From positions 4,121-68,120 of the forward strand of contig CANGHK010000022.1 in the NCBI GenBank assembly GCA_947453625.1: 64,000 nucleotides of DNA, in the 5' to 3' direction. Source of the DNA: Burkholderiales bacterium. GTDB taxonomy: Bacteria > Pseudomonadota > Gammaproteobacteria > Burkholderiales > Burkholderiaceae_C. Positions within the stretch are counted from its first letter, which is position 1. Each line of letters opens with the position of its first letter. This document shows, piece after piece, positions 8,624-17,494 of this stretch. Under the pieces are notes generated by a model. The model was given only the letters and a program-made list of their open reading frames with translations. It was not told the origin of the DNA and did no database searches. The translations under genes were made by a program, and so were the position numbers.

Positions 8624-9772
8624 CTACAACGCCCTCGAGATGACTTCTTTCATGATCTCGCTGGTGCCGCCGTAGATGCGCTGCACCCGAGCGTCGGCGT
8701 ACATCCTGGCGATCAGGTATTCGTTCATGAAACCGTAGCCGCCAAAGAGCTGCAGGCATTCGTCCAGCACCTTGCCCTGGGTCTCGCTGCCCCAGAGCTT
8801 GGCCATCGAGGCGGTGGCGGTGTCGAGCTTGCCAAGGACGAGTTGCTCGACACAGCGGTCGATGAAGGCCCGGCCGACCTGGATCTGGGTGGCCACCTCG
8901 GCCAGCTTGAAGCGGGTGTTCTGCAGGTCGCCAATCGGCTTGCCGAAGGCCTTGCGCTCGCGCACATAGGCCAGCGTGGCCTCGTAAGCGCCTTCCATGC
9001 AGGCCAGCGCGGTGACGCCGATGATCAGCCGCTCATACGGCAGGTCGCCCATCAGCTGGTAGAAGCCCTGACCCTCGACGCCGCCCAGCAGGTTGGCGGC
9101 CGGCACCGTGACGTCGTCGAAGAACAGCTCGGAGGTGTCCTGCGACTTCATGCCCAGCTTGTCGAGCACCCGGCCGACGCGATACCCCGGACAGCCCTCG
9201 GTCTCGACGATCAGGATCGAGGTGCCGCGCGCGCCTTGGGTCGGGTCAGTCTTGCAGATCACCAGGATCACGCCGGCCAGGAAGCCGTTGGTGATGAAGG
9301 TCTTGCTGCCGTTGATGACGTAGTGGTCGCCGCGCTTTTCGGCCTTGGTGCGAATGCCTTGCAGGTCGCTGCCGGCGCCGGGCTCGGTCATCGCGATCGC
9401 GCCAACCAGTTCGCCGCGCGCCATCCGAGGCAGGTAGCGTTGCTTCTGCTCAGCCGTGCCGTGGTTCATGAAGTAATGCGCGACGATGGTGTGCACCGAG
9501 TTGCCCCAGCCGCTCAAGCCGCGGCGCGAACATTCCTCGTACAGCACCGCCTCGTGGCGGAAGTCGCCGCCACCGCCGCCGAATTCCTCGGGGATGTCGG
9601 TGCACAGCAGGCCGAGCTCGCCGGCCTTGCGCCACAGCTCGGCGCCGACATTGCCGCGCGCCCGCGCCGCGTCGTCGTCGGGCTGCAGTTCGTCCTCGAC
9701 GAAGCGCACGCAGGTGTCACGCCAGCGGTCCAGGTCTTCGTCGGTCCAGCTGCGGGTGAAGGTCAATGCCAT
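8624..9772 (-). CDS. Acyl-CoA dehydrogenase (long-chain type)
   Basis: IAMTEPGAGSDLQ, NGSKTFITNG, LPYERL, RIYGGTSEIM. Start ATG 9772 after GGAG. Confidence 0.93.
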   Translation of the reverse strand: MALTFTRSWTDEDLDRWRDTCVRFVEDELQPDDDAARARGNVGAELWRKAGELGLLCTDIPEEFGGGGGDFRHEAVLYEECSRRGLSGWGNSVHTIVAHYFMNHGTAEQKQRYLPRMARGELVGAIAMTEPGAGSDLQGIRTKAEKRGDHYVINGSKTFITNGFLAGVILVICKTDPTQGARGTSILIVETEGCPGYRVGRVLDKLGMKSQDTSELFFDDVTVPAANLLGGVEGQGFYQLMGDLPYERLIIGVTALACMEGAYEATLAYVRERKAFGKPIGDLQNTRFKLAEVATQIQVGRAFIDRCVEQLVLGKLDTATASMAKLWGSETQGKVLDECLQLFGGYGFMNEYLIARMYADARVQRIYGGTSEIMKEVISRAL

Positions 9773-9804
9773 GTCGGTTCTCCAGAAAAACAGGTTGGTT
9801 TGTT

Positions 9805-10743
9805 TCAGACCGCGCCGCGCCAGGCCAGGGCCTGCAGCGCCGCGCGCAGGGGCGCGGGCAAGGCGACGGCGCCGGCCGGGCCGGTCGAGCGGGTGGGGTC
9901 GGTGTAGACCATCACGCAGTCGGCCATCGCCTGCAGCGATGGGCCGTCGAACATCGCCACCCGCAGCACGACCGAGCTGCTGCCGGTGTGGGTGACGGCG
10001 CCGGCCAGCGCCCAGTGGCGCGGTGGCGCGCGGTGGTGGGCCCAGTGCAGGTCGATGCGCGCCACCAGCAAGCTGACCCAGTCGGCGTCGGGGTCGCCGC
10101 CCGCCGCCGCGAAAGCCTGTTGCAGCAGCGCGGCACGGGCCTGCTCGATGCCGCGCATCACCGCCGCTTCGCTGCTGCAGCCGTCGGCATCGAAATCGCC
10201 GTAACGGCTGCCGAGCTGGGCGGCGACGGGGTAATGTTGCGGCCGGTCGCTGCCGGCCGGCAGCCTGGCGGCCGCAAAAGCCGCGACGGCACTGTCCGGT
10301 GCCGGATGCTGGTCCAGCCGGGCCGCCAGATCGTCGCGCAGCGCCGGCGGCAGATCGACGCGGGTGGCCAGGTCGGCATCCCAGGCAGCGACCGCCGTCT
10401 GCTGGATGCCGACACAGTCGCCCGCCTGGAACAGACCGGCGGCGAGCGTGAAGCCCTCGGGCGCCGCACCCAGCAGCCTGAGCCCGGCACTGACTGGCGC
10501 CGGGTAATGGCACTCGCGCCAGAACTCGGTGCGGCAGGCCACCGGCTTGAGCCGCAGCGTGCCCTCGGGCCACACCGCCGCGCCGCCGGCGGCCATCAAC
10601 CAGCGCTGGCGCGCCTCCTGGTGCAGGCCATGGACGGCGATGTTGTTGACATGGCGCCGCGTGTCGACGTCGGCAAACCGGGTCGGCGCCGGCTCGGGCG
10701 CGCCATAGGCCGCCGGGTCGTGGCGCCAGGCGTCGTGCTTCAT
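9805..10743 (-). CDS. Double hot-dog fold acyl-CoA thioesterase (4HBT-like tandem domains)
   Basis: RFADVDTRRHVNN in domain 1; RYGDFDADG in domain 2. Confidence 0.78.
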   Translation of the reverse strand: MKHDAWRHDPAAYGAPEPAPTRFADVDTRRHVNNIAVHGLHQEARQRWLMAAGGAAVWPEGTLRLKPVACRTEFWRECHYPAPVSAGLRLLGAAPEGFTLAAGLFQAGDCVGIQQTAVAAWDADLATRVDLPPALRDDLAARLDQHPAPDSAVAAFAAARLPAGSDRPQHYPVAAQLGSRYGDFDADGCSSEAAVMRGIEQARAALLQQAFAAAGGDPDADWVSLLVARIDLHWAHHRAPPRHWALAGAVTHTGSSSVVLRVAMFDGPSLQAMADCVMVYTDPTRSTGPAGAVALPAPLRAALQALAWRGAV

Positions 10744-11897
10744 CCGGCCAACGCGCCGCTGTCCGCCACCCGGTGCAGCTGCGCATCGACCCCGCCGCCC
10801 AGGCCCTCGATCAGCGTCAGGCGCTTGAAGCCATGGCCGACGAACAACTCGTCGGTCATGCCCATGCCGCCGTGCAACTGCACCGCCCCCTGGCCTACGC
10901 TGCGGCAGGCCCGCGCCACCACCACCTGGGCCGAGGCCACCGCCTGGCGGCGCACCCCGGCCGGCAGCGCGGTCTCGCGGTCGAGCCGCAACAGCGTGGC
11001 GCCGACCAGCGCATTGGCCTGCAGCAGCGCCAGGTGCATGTCGGCCAGCCGGTGCTGCACGACCTGGAAGCTGGCGATCGCCACGCCGAACTGCTGGCGC
11101 TGGCGCACATGGTCCAGCGTGTCGCGCAGCAGGCGCTGCATCACGCCCACGCCTTCAGCACCGGTGACCAGCAGCGCCTCGTCGCTGACCTGCTCGACCA
11201 GCGCCAGCAAGTCGACGCCCGGCTCGCCCAGCACCGCCTCGACCGGCGTGGCGTCGAAGGCCAGTTCGGCCGCCCAGCCGCCGTCGGTCAGGCGCAGGTC
11301 GCGCCGCGTGATGCCGGCCGCACCCGGGCTGACCAGCGCCAGCCGCAGGCAGCCGGCGGCATCCCGCGCGCTGACCAGCCAATGCGTGGCGTAAGGCGCG
11401 GCGCGCACCAGCGCCTTGCGGCCGGTCAGCGTGGTCAGCGCCTGGCCGCCGACCGCCGCCGTCTGCAGGCGGGCCTGCACCCGCGCCAAGTCGTGGCGCG
11501 CACCGCGCTCCAGCGTGGCCAGCACCGGGCGCACCGCGCCGTCGACCAGGCCGGCCAGCAGGCGCTGCGGCCACTCACCCGGCAGGCGCCGCAGCAGGCC
11601 GGCGCCCAGCACCGCGCAAGCCAGGTAAGGCTCGGGCAGCAGCGCGTCGCCCAGGGTCTGCAGGATCAGGCCCTGGTCGGCCAGGCCGCCGCCCTGCCCG
11701 CCCAGCGACTCGGGCAGCGCCGCGCCCAGCAGGCCCAGCCCGCCCGCCAGCCCCTGCCAGAGCGGCGCGATGGCCTCGGGCGTGGCGAGCAGCGACTGGC
11801 GGCGCGCGAAGGGCGCGGCGTCATGCAGCCAGCGCGCCAGGCTGTCGCGCAGCAGCGCCTGGGAATCGGTGAGTTCGAACATTGGTGCCATCGTCAT
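10740..11897 (-). CDS. Acyl-CoA dehydrogenase, small/non-catalytic-type subunit (PimD-like)
   Basis: RQQFGVAIASFQVVQHRLADM, AVQLHGGMGMTDE, degenerate C-terminus. Confidence 0.85.
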   Translation of the reverse strand: MTMAPMFELTDSQALLRDSLARWLHDAAPFARRQSLLATPEAIAPLWQGLAGGLGLLGAALPESLGGQGGGLADQGLILQTLGDALLPEPYLACAVLGAGLLRRLPGEWPQRLLAGLVDGAVRPVLATLERGARHDLARVQARLQTAAVGGQALTTLTGRKALVRAAPYATHWLVSARDAAGCLRLALVSPGAAGITRRDLRLTDGGWAAELAFDATPVEAVLGEPGVDLLALVEQVSDEALLVTGAEGVGVMQRLLRDTLDHVRQRQQFGVAIASFQVVQHRLADMHLALLQANALVGATLLRLDRETALPAGVRRQAVASAQVVVARACRSVGQGAVQLHGGMGMTDELFVGHGFKRLTLIEGLGGGVDAQLHRVADSGALAG

Positions 11898-11908
11898 CTC
11901 TTCAAGAA

Positions 11909-12075
11909 CGCCCCCAAGGCCGCCGCCTTGCGGCGCCCGCCCCCCGAGGGGGAGGAGAAACACTTGGGGCGGCCCGGCGTTTGTTTCTCATAAGCGCCCC
12001 CAAGGCCGCCTTGCGGCGCCCGCCCCCCCGAGGGGGAGGAGAAACACTTGGGGCGGCCCGGCGTTTGTTTCTCAT
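11909..12075. repeat. Tandem pair of ~82-bp structured REP-like repeats (11909-11991, 11995-12075)
   Basis: Near-identical copies CGCCCCCAAGGCCGCC...CCCCCCGAGGGGGAGGAGAAACACTTGGGGCGGCCCGGCGTTTGTTTCTCAT; a third, shortened copy at 56341. Confidence 0.9.
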
Positions 12076-13325
12076 GAAGCCAGCAGGTGGCGGGCGATGA
12101 GGTTGCGCTGCACCTCGTTGGTGCCGGCGTAGATCGACGCGGCGCGGTCGTTGAGGTAGGCGCTCATCGCGAACAGCGCGTCCTCGGGCAGCGCCAGCGC
12201 ATGGGCGTCGGCGTCGGCCATCGCCAGCGCGGCGGCGGCGTCCGGGCCGGCGATCAGGACGCCGATCTCGGTCAGGAACTGTTTCAGCTCGGTGCCGAGC
12301 ACCTTGCCCACCGACGGCGCGATCGGGTCGTCGACCCCGCGGATGCGGGCCGCCAGCCCCTGCTGCTCCAGCGCGTGCAGCGCATCGATGCGGCAGCGCG
12401 CGTCGGCCAGCAGGCGGTCGAGGTCGCGGCGCTCGGCATCGTCGGCCGGCCGGCCGGCAAACGCCCGCGCCAGCGCCAGATGCAGCCGGGCAAGCCTGGC
12501 GCGCAACATCGGCGACCAACTGCCACCACGCTCGTGCACCAGCAGGTATTTGGCGATGGTCCAGCCCCGGTTCTCCTCGCCCAGCAACGCGCTGGCCGGC
12601 ACCCGCACATCGTCGAAGAACACCTGGTTCAGCTCATGGTCGCCCGAGATGCTGATGATCGGGCGGATCGTCACGCCGGGCAGCGGCAGGTCGAAGAGCA
12701 GGAAGCTGATGCCTTGCTGGGCCTTGGCGCCGGGGTCGGTGCGCACCAGGCAGAACATCTTGTTCGCCCATTGCGCATGGGTGGTCCAGATCTTGGTGCC
12801 GTTGATGACGTACTCGTCGCCGCGGCGGACCGCGCGGCATTGCAGCGCCGCCAGGTCCGAGCCCGCGCCGGGCTCGCTATAGCCCTGGGCCCAGTAGTCG
12901 TCGCCGGAACGGATGCCGGGCAGCCAGCGTTGTTTCTGTTCGTCGGTGCCGAAGGCCAGCAACACCGGCGCGACCATGCGCGTGCCCTGCGGCGCCAGCG
13001 CGGGCGCGCTGGCCGCGGCCAGTTCGCTGGCGAAGATGTCGTGCTGGCGCGGGCTCCAGCCGCAGCCGCCCCATTCGACCGGCCAATGCGGCACGCTCCA
13101 GCCGCGCGCGGCCAGGATGCGGAACCAGCGCTGGCCGACCGGGTAATCGGCAAAGATGCCCGCGCTGCGGCGGCCGGCCTGGCGCAAGTCTTCGCCCAGT
13201 TCGGCGGCCAGGAACTGCCGCACCTCGGCCCGGAATGGGGCGTCAGCCGATTCGGAATCAGTCGGGTCAGCGTCAGTCAAGGCGACAGCCGTCAGGGCGG
13301 CATCGGCCACAAGGGCATCGGACAT
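12072..13325 (-). CDS. Acyl-CoA dehydrogenase, large subunit (PimC-like)
   Basis: WAQGYSEPGAGSDLA, NGTKIWTT, LVHERG, SIYAGTNEVQRN. Confidence 0.92.
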   Translation of the reverse strand: MSDALVADAALTAVALTDADPTDSESADAPFRAEVRQFLAAELGEDLRQAGRRSAGIFADYPVGQRWFRILAARGWSVPHWPVEWGGCGWSPRQHDIFASELAAASAPALAPQGTRMVAPVLLAFGTDEQKQRWLPGIRSGDDYWAQGYSEPGAGSDLAALQCRAVRRGDEYVINGTKIWTTHAQWANKMFCLVRTDPGAKAQQGISFLLFDLPLPGVTIRPIISISGDHELNQVFFDDVRVPASALLGEENRGWTIAKYLLVHERGGSWSPMLRARLARLHLALARAFAGRPADDAERRDLDRLLADARCRIDALHALEQQGLAARIRGVDDPIAPSVGKVLGTELKQFLTEIGVLIAGPDAAAALAMADADAHALALPEDALFAMSAYLNDRAASIYAGTNEVQRNLIARHLLAS

Positions 13326-13383
13326 GGTTGAGGACTCGTCGGCGGAACACGCCGCAGTGTTTCAGATCGGCCGCGCCGCATGA

Positions 13384-13401
13384 ATCGTCGAAAGCGACGA
13401 T
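13384..13401. promoter_or_regulatory. Perfect 7-4-7 palindrome in a divergent promoter; candidate transcription-factor site
   Basis: ATCGTCG-AAAG-CGACGAT between the acyl-CoA dehydrogenase (-) and CoA ligase (+) starts. Confidence 0.5.
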
Positions 13402-13500
13402 GTGGGCCGGCGGCCGGGATCGCTTCAATACGGCACCCGCCCATGGCCGCCAGCAGGCGGTCGCGACCCGCGCAACATGCTGCCGATCAGGAGTCTCACC

Positions 13501-15120
13501 ATGCGCCCCAGCACCGACCCCGCCGCCCAAACGTCCACCCAGGCGACCGGCCTCGACCGGTTCGCCACCCTGGGCGACACGCTGACGCAAGCCGCGCGCC
13601 GACGCGGCCAGGCCAGCGCCTACATCGACCCGGACGTCGCCTGGTCCTGGGCCGACGTGGACGCCGCCAGCGACCGACTGGCCTGCGGCCTGCTGGGCCT
13701 GAAGCTGGGGCGCGGCGACCGCATCGGCATCATCGGACTGAACCAGATCGAGTGGCTGCTGCTGTTCTACGCCGCGACCAAGATCGGCGTCGCGGTGGTG
13801 GGCTTGAGCGTGCGCTACCGCGACGGCGAGCTGTCGACGATGCTGGCCGACAGCGAGACCCGGGCCGTCTTCACGCTGGGCGCGCATGAGGGCTTCGACT
13901 TCACCGCGATGCTGGCCAGGCTGGGGCCGACCCTGCCGGCGCTGCGCCATGTCATCGCGATCGACGGCACCGGCCTGAACAGCCTGGCCGCGCTGGCCGC
14001 CACGCCGCTGGACGCCGGACGCCTGGCGCTGGCGCGGCGCCAGGTGGTGGCGAGCGACGTGGCGATGGTGATCTACACCTCGGGCACCACCGGCCGGCCC
14101 AAGGGCGCCGGCCTGACCCACCGCAGCCTGCTGGCCAGCGCCGCGGCCCAGGCCGCCCATACACGGGTGACGGAAGACGACCTGATCCACCTGGCCAACC
14201 CGCTCAACCATGTGGGCGGCATCACCTGCGGCGCGCTGACCCACCTGGTGGGCGGCGGCACCGCGGTGCTGGTGGCCGAGTTCAAGGCCGACCGGATGAT
14301 CACGCTGATGCAGCAATACCCGCCCACGCTGCTGGCCGGCGTGCCGACGATGCTGACGCTGCTGCTGATGAACGCGCGCATCGCCAGCGTCGACCTGAGC
14401 CGGGTGCGGCTGGTGTTCTCGGGCGGGTCCAACGTCGACGCGGTGCTGCTGGAGCGGCTGGCCGCGCGCCTGCCGCAGGCCACGCTGATGAACCTGTACG
14501 GCCTGACCGAGACCTCGGGCGCGATCGTGATGACGCCCTGGACGCGCAGCCCGGCCGACTTGATGACGACGATAGGCACGCCGTTCGCCGACGCCCAGTT
14601 GCGCATCGCCGGCGACGACGGCCGCGCCCTGCCCGCCGGCGAGGTGGGCGAGCTGTGGTTCAAGGGCTGTGGCGTCGTGCCGGGCTACATCGGCGCGGCC
14701 GCCGGGGCCGGCTTCAGCGCCGACGGCTGGCTGCAGACCGGCGACCTGGGCTCGGCCGACGCCCGCGGCGTGATCACGCTGAAGGGCCGCAAGAAAGACC
14801 TCTACATCCAGGGCGGCTTCAACGTCTACCCGGCCGAGATCGAGGCCCTGGTCAACCGCCATCCCCAGGTGGTGATGGCCGCCGGCATAGGCGTGCCCGA
14901 CCCGGTGCTGGGCGAGGTGGGCCGGCTCTATGTCGTCGCCCTGCCCGACAGCGGCCTGACCGAGGCCGATCTGCGCCAGTGGTGCACCGATCAACTGGCC
15001 GACTACAAGGTGCCGCGCCAGGTGGTGTTGCGCGAAGCGCTGCCCATGACGCCGGCCGGCAAGATCCACAAGGCGGCGCTGCGGGCGGAGGCGGCGGCCG
15101 GGCTCAAAGCCGGCGGCTGA
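13501..15120 (+). CDS. Acyl-CoA synthetase / AMP-dependent CoA ligase
   Basis: YTSGTTGRPKG, YGLTET, QTGDLG, GGFNVYPAEIE, GKIHK; AGGAG RBS. Confidence 0.93.
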   Translation: MRPSTDPAAQTSTQATGLDRFATLGDTLTQAARRRGQASAYIDPDVAWSWADVDAASDRLACGLLGLKLGRGDRIGIIGLNQIEWLLLFYAATKIGVAVVGLSVRYRDGELSTMLADSETRAVFTLGAHEGFDFTAMLARLGPTLPALRHVIAIDGTGLNSLAALAATPLDAGRLALARRQVVASDVAMVIYTSGTTGRPKGAGLTHRSLLASAAAQAAHTRVTEDDLIHLANPLNHVGGITCGALTHLVGGGTAVLVAEFKADRMITLMQQYPPTLLAGVPTMLTLLLMNARIASVDLSRVRLVFSGGSNVDAVLLERLAARLPQATLMNLYGLTETSGAIVMTPWTRSPADLMTTIGTPFADAQLRIAGDDGRALPAGEVGELWFKGCGVVPGYIGAAAGAGFSADGWLQTGDLGSADARGVITLKGRKKDLYIQGGFNVYPAEIEALVNRHPQVVMAAGIGVPDPVLGEVGRLYVVALPDSGLTEADLRQWCTDQLADYKVPRQVVLREALPMTPAGKIHKAALRAEAAAGLKAGG

Positions 15121-15454
15121 ACTCGGCCGGGTCGAAGCCCACGCTGATCGCCCCATCGGGCCAGGCCACCACCGGGCGCCTGATCACGCTGGCCTGGGCC
15201 AGCATCAAAGACCTGGCGCTGGCGGCGTCGACCACCCCGCTCTTGCTGGCCTGGTCGAGCTTGCGCCAGGTCGTGCCCTGGCGGTTGAGCAGGCGCTCCC
15301 AGCCGACGCTGGCCATCCAGCCGTCCAGCGCCGCAGCGGGAACACCCGCCTTCTTGAGATCGTGGAATTGCACGGCGGCGCCCTGCCCGGCAAGCCAGGC
15401 CCGGGCGCGCTTGACGCTGTCGCAGTTGGGGATGCCGTAGAGAATCAGGGACAT
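15104..15454 (-). CDS. yffB: ArsC/Spx-family protein (YffB-like)
   Basis: LYGIPNCDSVKRAR, LLNRQGTTWRKL, VIRRPV. Confidence 0.85.
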   Translation of the reverse strand: MSLILYGIPNCDSVKRARAWLAGQGAAVQFHDLKKAGVPAAALDGWMASVGWERLLNRQGTTWRKLDQASKSGVVDAASARSLMLAQASVIRRPVVAWPDGAISVGFDPAEFSRRL

Positions 15455-15510
15455 GGTTGGTTGGTTGGTTGGTTGGTTGGTTGGTTGGTTGGTTGGTTGG
15501 TTGGTTGGTT
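15455..15510. repeat. Tetranucleotide microsatellite (GGTT)14
   Basis: 14 perfect GGTT units directly adjoining the yffB start codon; (AACC)14 on the coding strand. Confidence 0.97.
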
Positions 15511-15557
15511 GGGATGGACGGTGAGATGGACTGCGCGGGTGATGTGGCCGGTGCGGC

Positions 15558-16085
15558 TCAGCGCGATTCGGCGCCGCGACCGGCGTCGCAGGCCGGGTCG
15601 GTCATGATGGCCACACCCCCTTGCACCCGCCCGTCGGCACCCAGCGTGACGCGCGCCCACAGGCAGTCGTGGGTCTCGTAGCGCCAGGACCAGGTCTCGC
15701 GGCCCCGCCACTCGCCCTGGCGCGCCGCGGGCCGGCCCAGCAGGCGCAGCAACCCGTCGCGCGGCATGCCGTCGCGAACCTGGGCGAAGTGGTCGGCATC
15801 GAGCACCTGTTCGAAGGTGGCCAGGCGCCCGCCAGCGTCCAGGTCGACCATCCAGGTCACGCGCCCGGCCGGGCCGCGCGCGAACTCCAGCCGCTGCACG
15901 CCGCCGTCCAAGGCGTAGCGGCCGGTGGGCTGGCCCATCGCGACCAGCACCTCGGCCTCGATCTGACCCGCGCGCAACCGCGCCGGATGCAGCGTGCTGC
16001 AGGCGCTGACCAGCGACAACAAGGTCGTGGCCAGCCAGCCGCGGGCGGAAGCGGGCAGGCCCAGGCTTGGCATCGAGATCGGCAT
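15558..16085 (-). CDS. Putative lipoprotein with tandem SmpA/BamE-like domains
   Basis: Lipobox-like LVSAC; AEVLVAMGQP and LLRLLGRP repeats; WSWRY. Confidence 0.7.
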   Translation of the reverse strand: MPISMPSLGLPASARGWLATTLLSLVSACSTLHPARLRAGQIEAEVLVAMGQPTGRYALDGGVQRLEFARGPAGRVTWMVDLDAGGRLATFEQVLDADHFAQVRDGMPRDGLLRLLGRPAARQGEWRGRETWSWRYETHDCLWARVTLGADGRVQGGVAIMTDPACDAGRGAESR

Positions 16086-16397
16086 GGCGGTTCTCCCAGG
16101 TTCGATGGCGGGATCATCGCGCATCGTGGGCTGGCGCGCGAGGCCAAGCCTGCCACCATCACTGCTTGCGCGGCCCGCACCAGCACCCACATCCGCAACG
16201 CCACCCGTCCCCGCCCGTCGCGCAGGCCCAAGCTGACCTCGGGATGCCGCAAGGCGGCCAACATGCTCGGTGCTTGTGCCGATTGGCCAAGGCAGGCGCG
16301 ACAGGTCTACTGGCGGGCACCGCTGCCAGTCCGCACCCGACCGGACGCTGGCGACGAGGGTGAGCCCTCACGCCCAAACCCCGACTCGCAGCCCCCC

Positions 16398-17348
16398 ATG
16401 ACACAAGCCTACGGTCCGACGCTGGACTTCAACCGCCTGCTGGCCGCCGACCTGTCGCTCGACGACGGGCAGGATCTGGCCGACGCGCAGCGCGGTTTTC
16501 TGGACACGGTCGAGTTTGCCGAGGTGATCCGGCCCGACGGCCATGCGGTCTGGAGCCAGCGCGGCTACGCCTTTCTCGACGACGCGACGCCGGCCGACAC
16601 CGTCAACCCAAGTCTGTGGCGCCAAGCCAGGCTGAACGGCATCCACGGCCTGTTCCAAGTCACGACGTACACCCGGCCAACCTGCACAACCAGCCGCCGG
16701 CGCCCGCGGCCATCAAATCCGTCGAATACATGGGCGGCATGGACGCGCTGATGGCGCGGGCGCAAGCCGATTTCGAGCACGGCGAGTACCGCTGGGTGGC
16801 CGAGGTGATGAAGCACGCGGACTACGCCCAGCCCGGCCATGCGCCGGCGCGCGCTGGCCGCAGCCGCGCTGGCGCAGATGGGCTTCCAGGCCGAGTCATC
16901 GACCTGGCGCAACGCCTTCCTGCTGGGCGCGCGAGTACCGCGAAGGCCCACCACCGGCCTCGAAGATGGCGGCCGGCAACTCGCTGGTGTCGGCGCTGCC
17001 CAACGGGCTGCTGTTCGACGCGCGGGCAGTGCGGCTCGATGCCGGCCGGGTTGGCGCGCTGGCCTTCACGCTGGCCTGGCATTTCAGCGACAGCGGCGAG
17101 CACTGGCGCTGGAAGCGCTGTTGCAGCAGCGCGTGGCGCCGCGGCAGGCGATCACCGAGGGCCGGCTGCGGCTGGCCGGGCAGACCAGATTGCTGGGCAC
17201 GTTTTTCGGCCTGCTCGCCCGGTTTGCCGGCAACTTCCCGGTGGTCGACGCCGCGCCCTGGCCGGCGGGCACAGCAGGAACGCCCCGAACCCACCGGCTG
17301 GCGACGATGCCCATCGCCGTGCGCCGCCCGGCGAAAGCCGGCTTCTGA
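16398..17348 (+). pseudogene. Alkyl sulfatase (SdsA1/BDS1-like) pseudogene with large internal deletion and frameshifts
   Basis: N-terminal DAQRGF...DTVNPSLWRQARLNGIHGLFQVT jumps to HPANLH...EYMGG...GEYRWVAE, then MGFQAESSTWRNAFLLGA and an SCP2-like tail in different frames; HxHxDH domain absent. Confidence 0.82.
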
Positions 17349-17494
17349 CACCCCGGGTTGACGCTGACCGCGGCGAACTGCAACGAGGCCGTCCTGAAGT
17401 CACACCATGGCTGGCTTTAATATTTCAACCAGTCAAATTGACAAGCTTAAGGTGGTACTATTTGTTGTTGTCTTAGTTAATATCAAAATAGAAA

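Noticed and set aside
8624..10786. 720-aa ORF as one long acyl-CoA dehydrogenase fusion
   Set aside because: The upstream 338 codons are an off-frame shadow of the thioesterase gene. Homology starts at ATG 9772, which has an RBS.
11909..12075. Possible CRISPR array or HDV-like ribozyme
   Set aside because: Only two ~82-bp units separated by 3 bp, with no spacers or cas genes. The pairing order lacks the P3/P1.1 elements of the HDV fold.
15362..15711. ORFs encoding (GWLV)n or (NQPT)n peptides
   Set aside because: These are translations of the GGTT microsatellite overlapping real genes, with no independent coding evidence.
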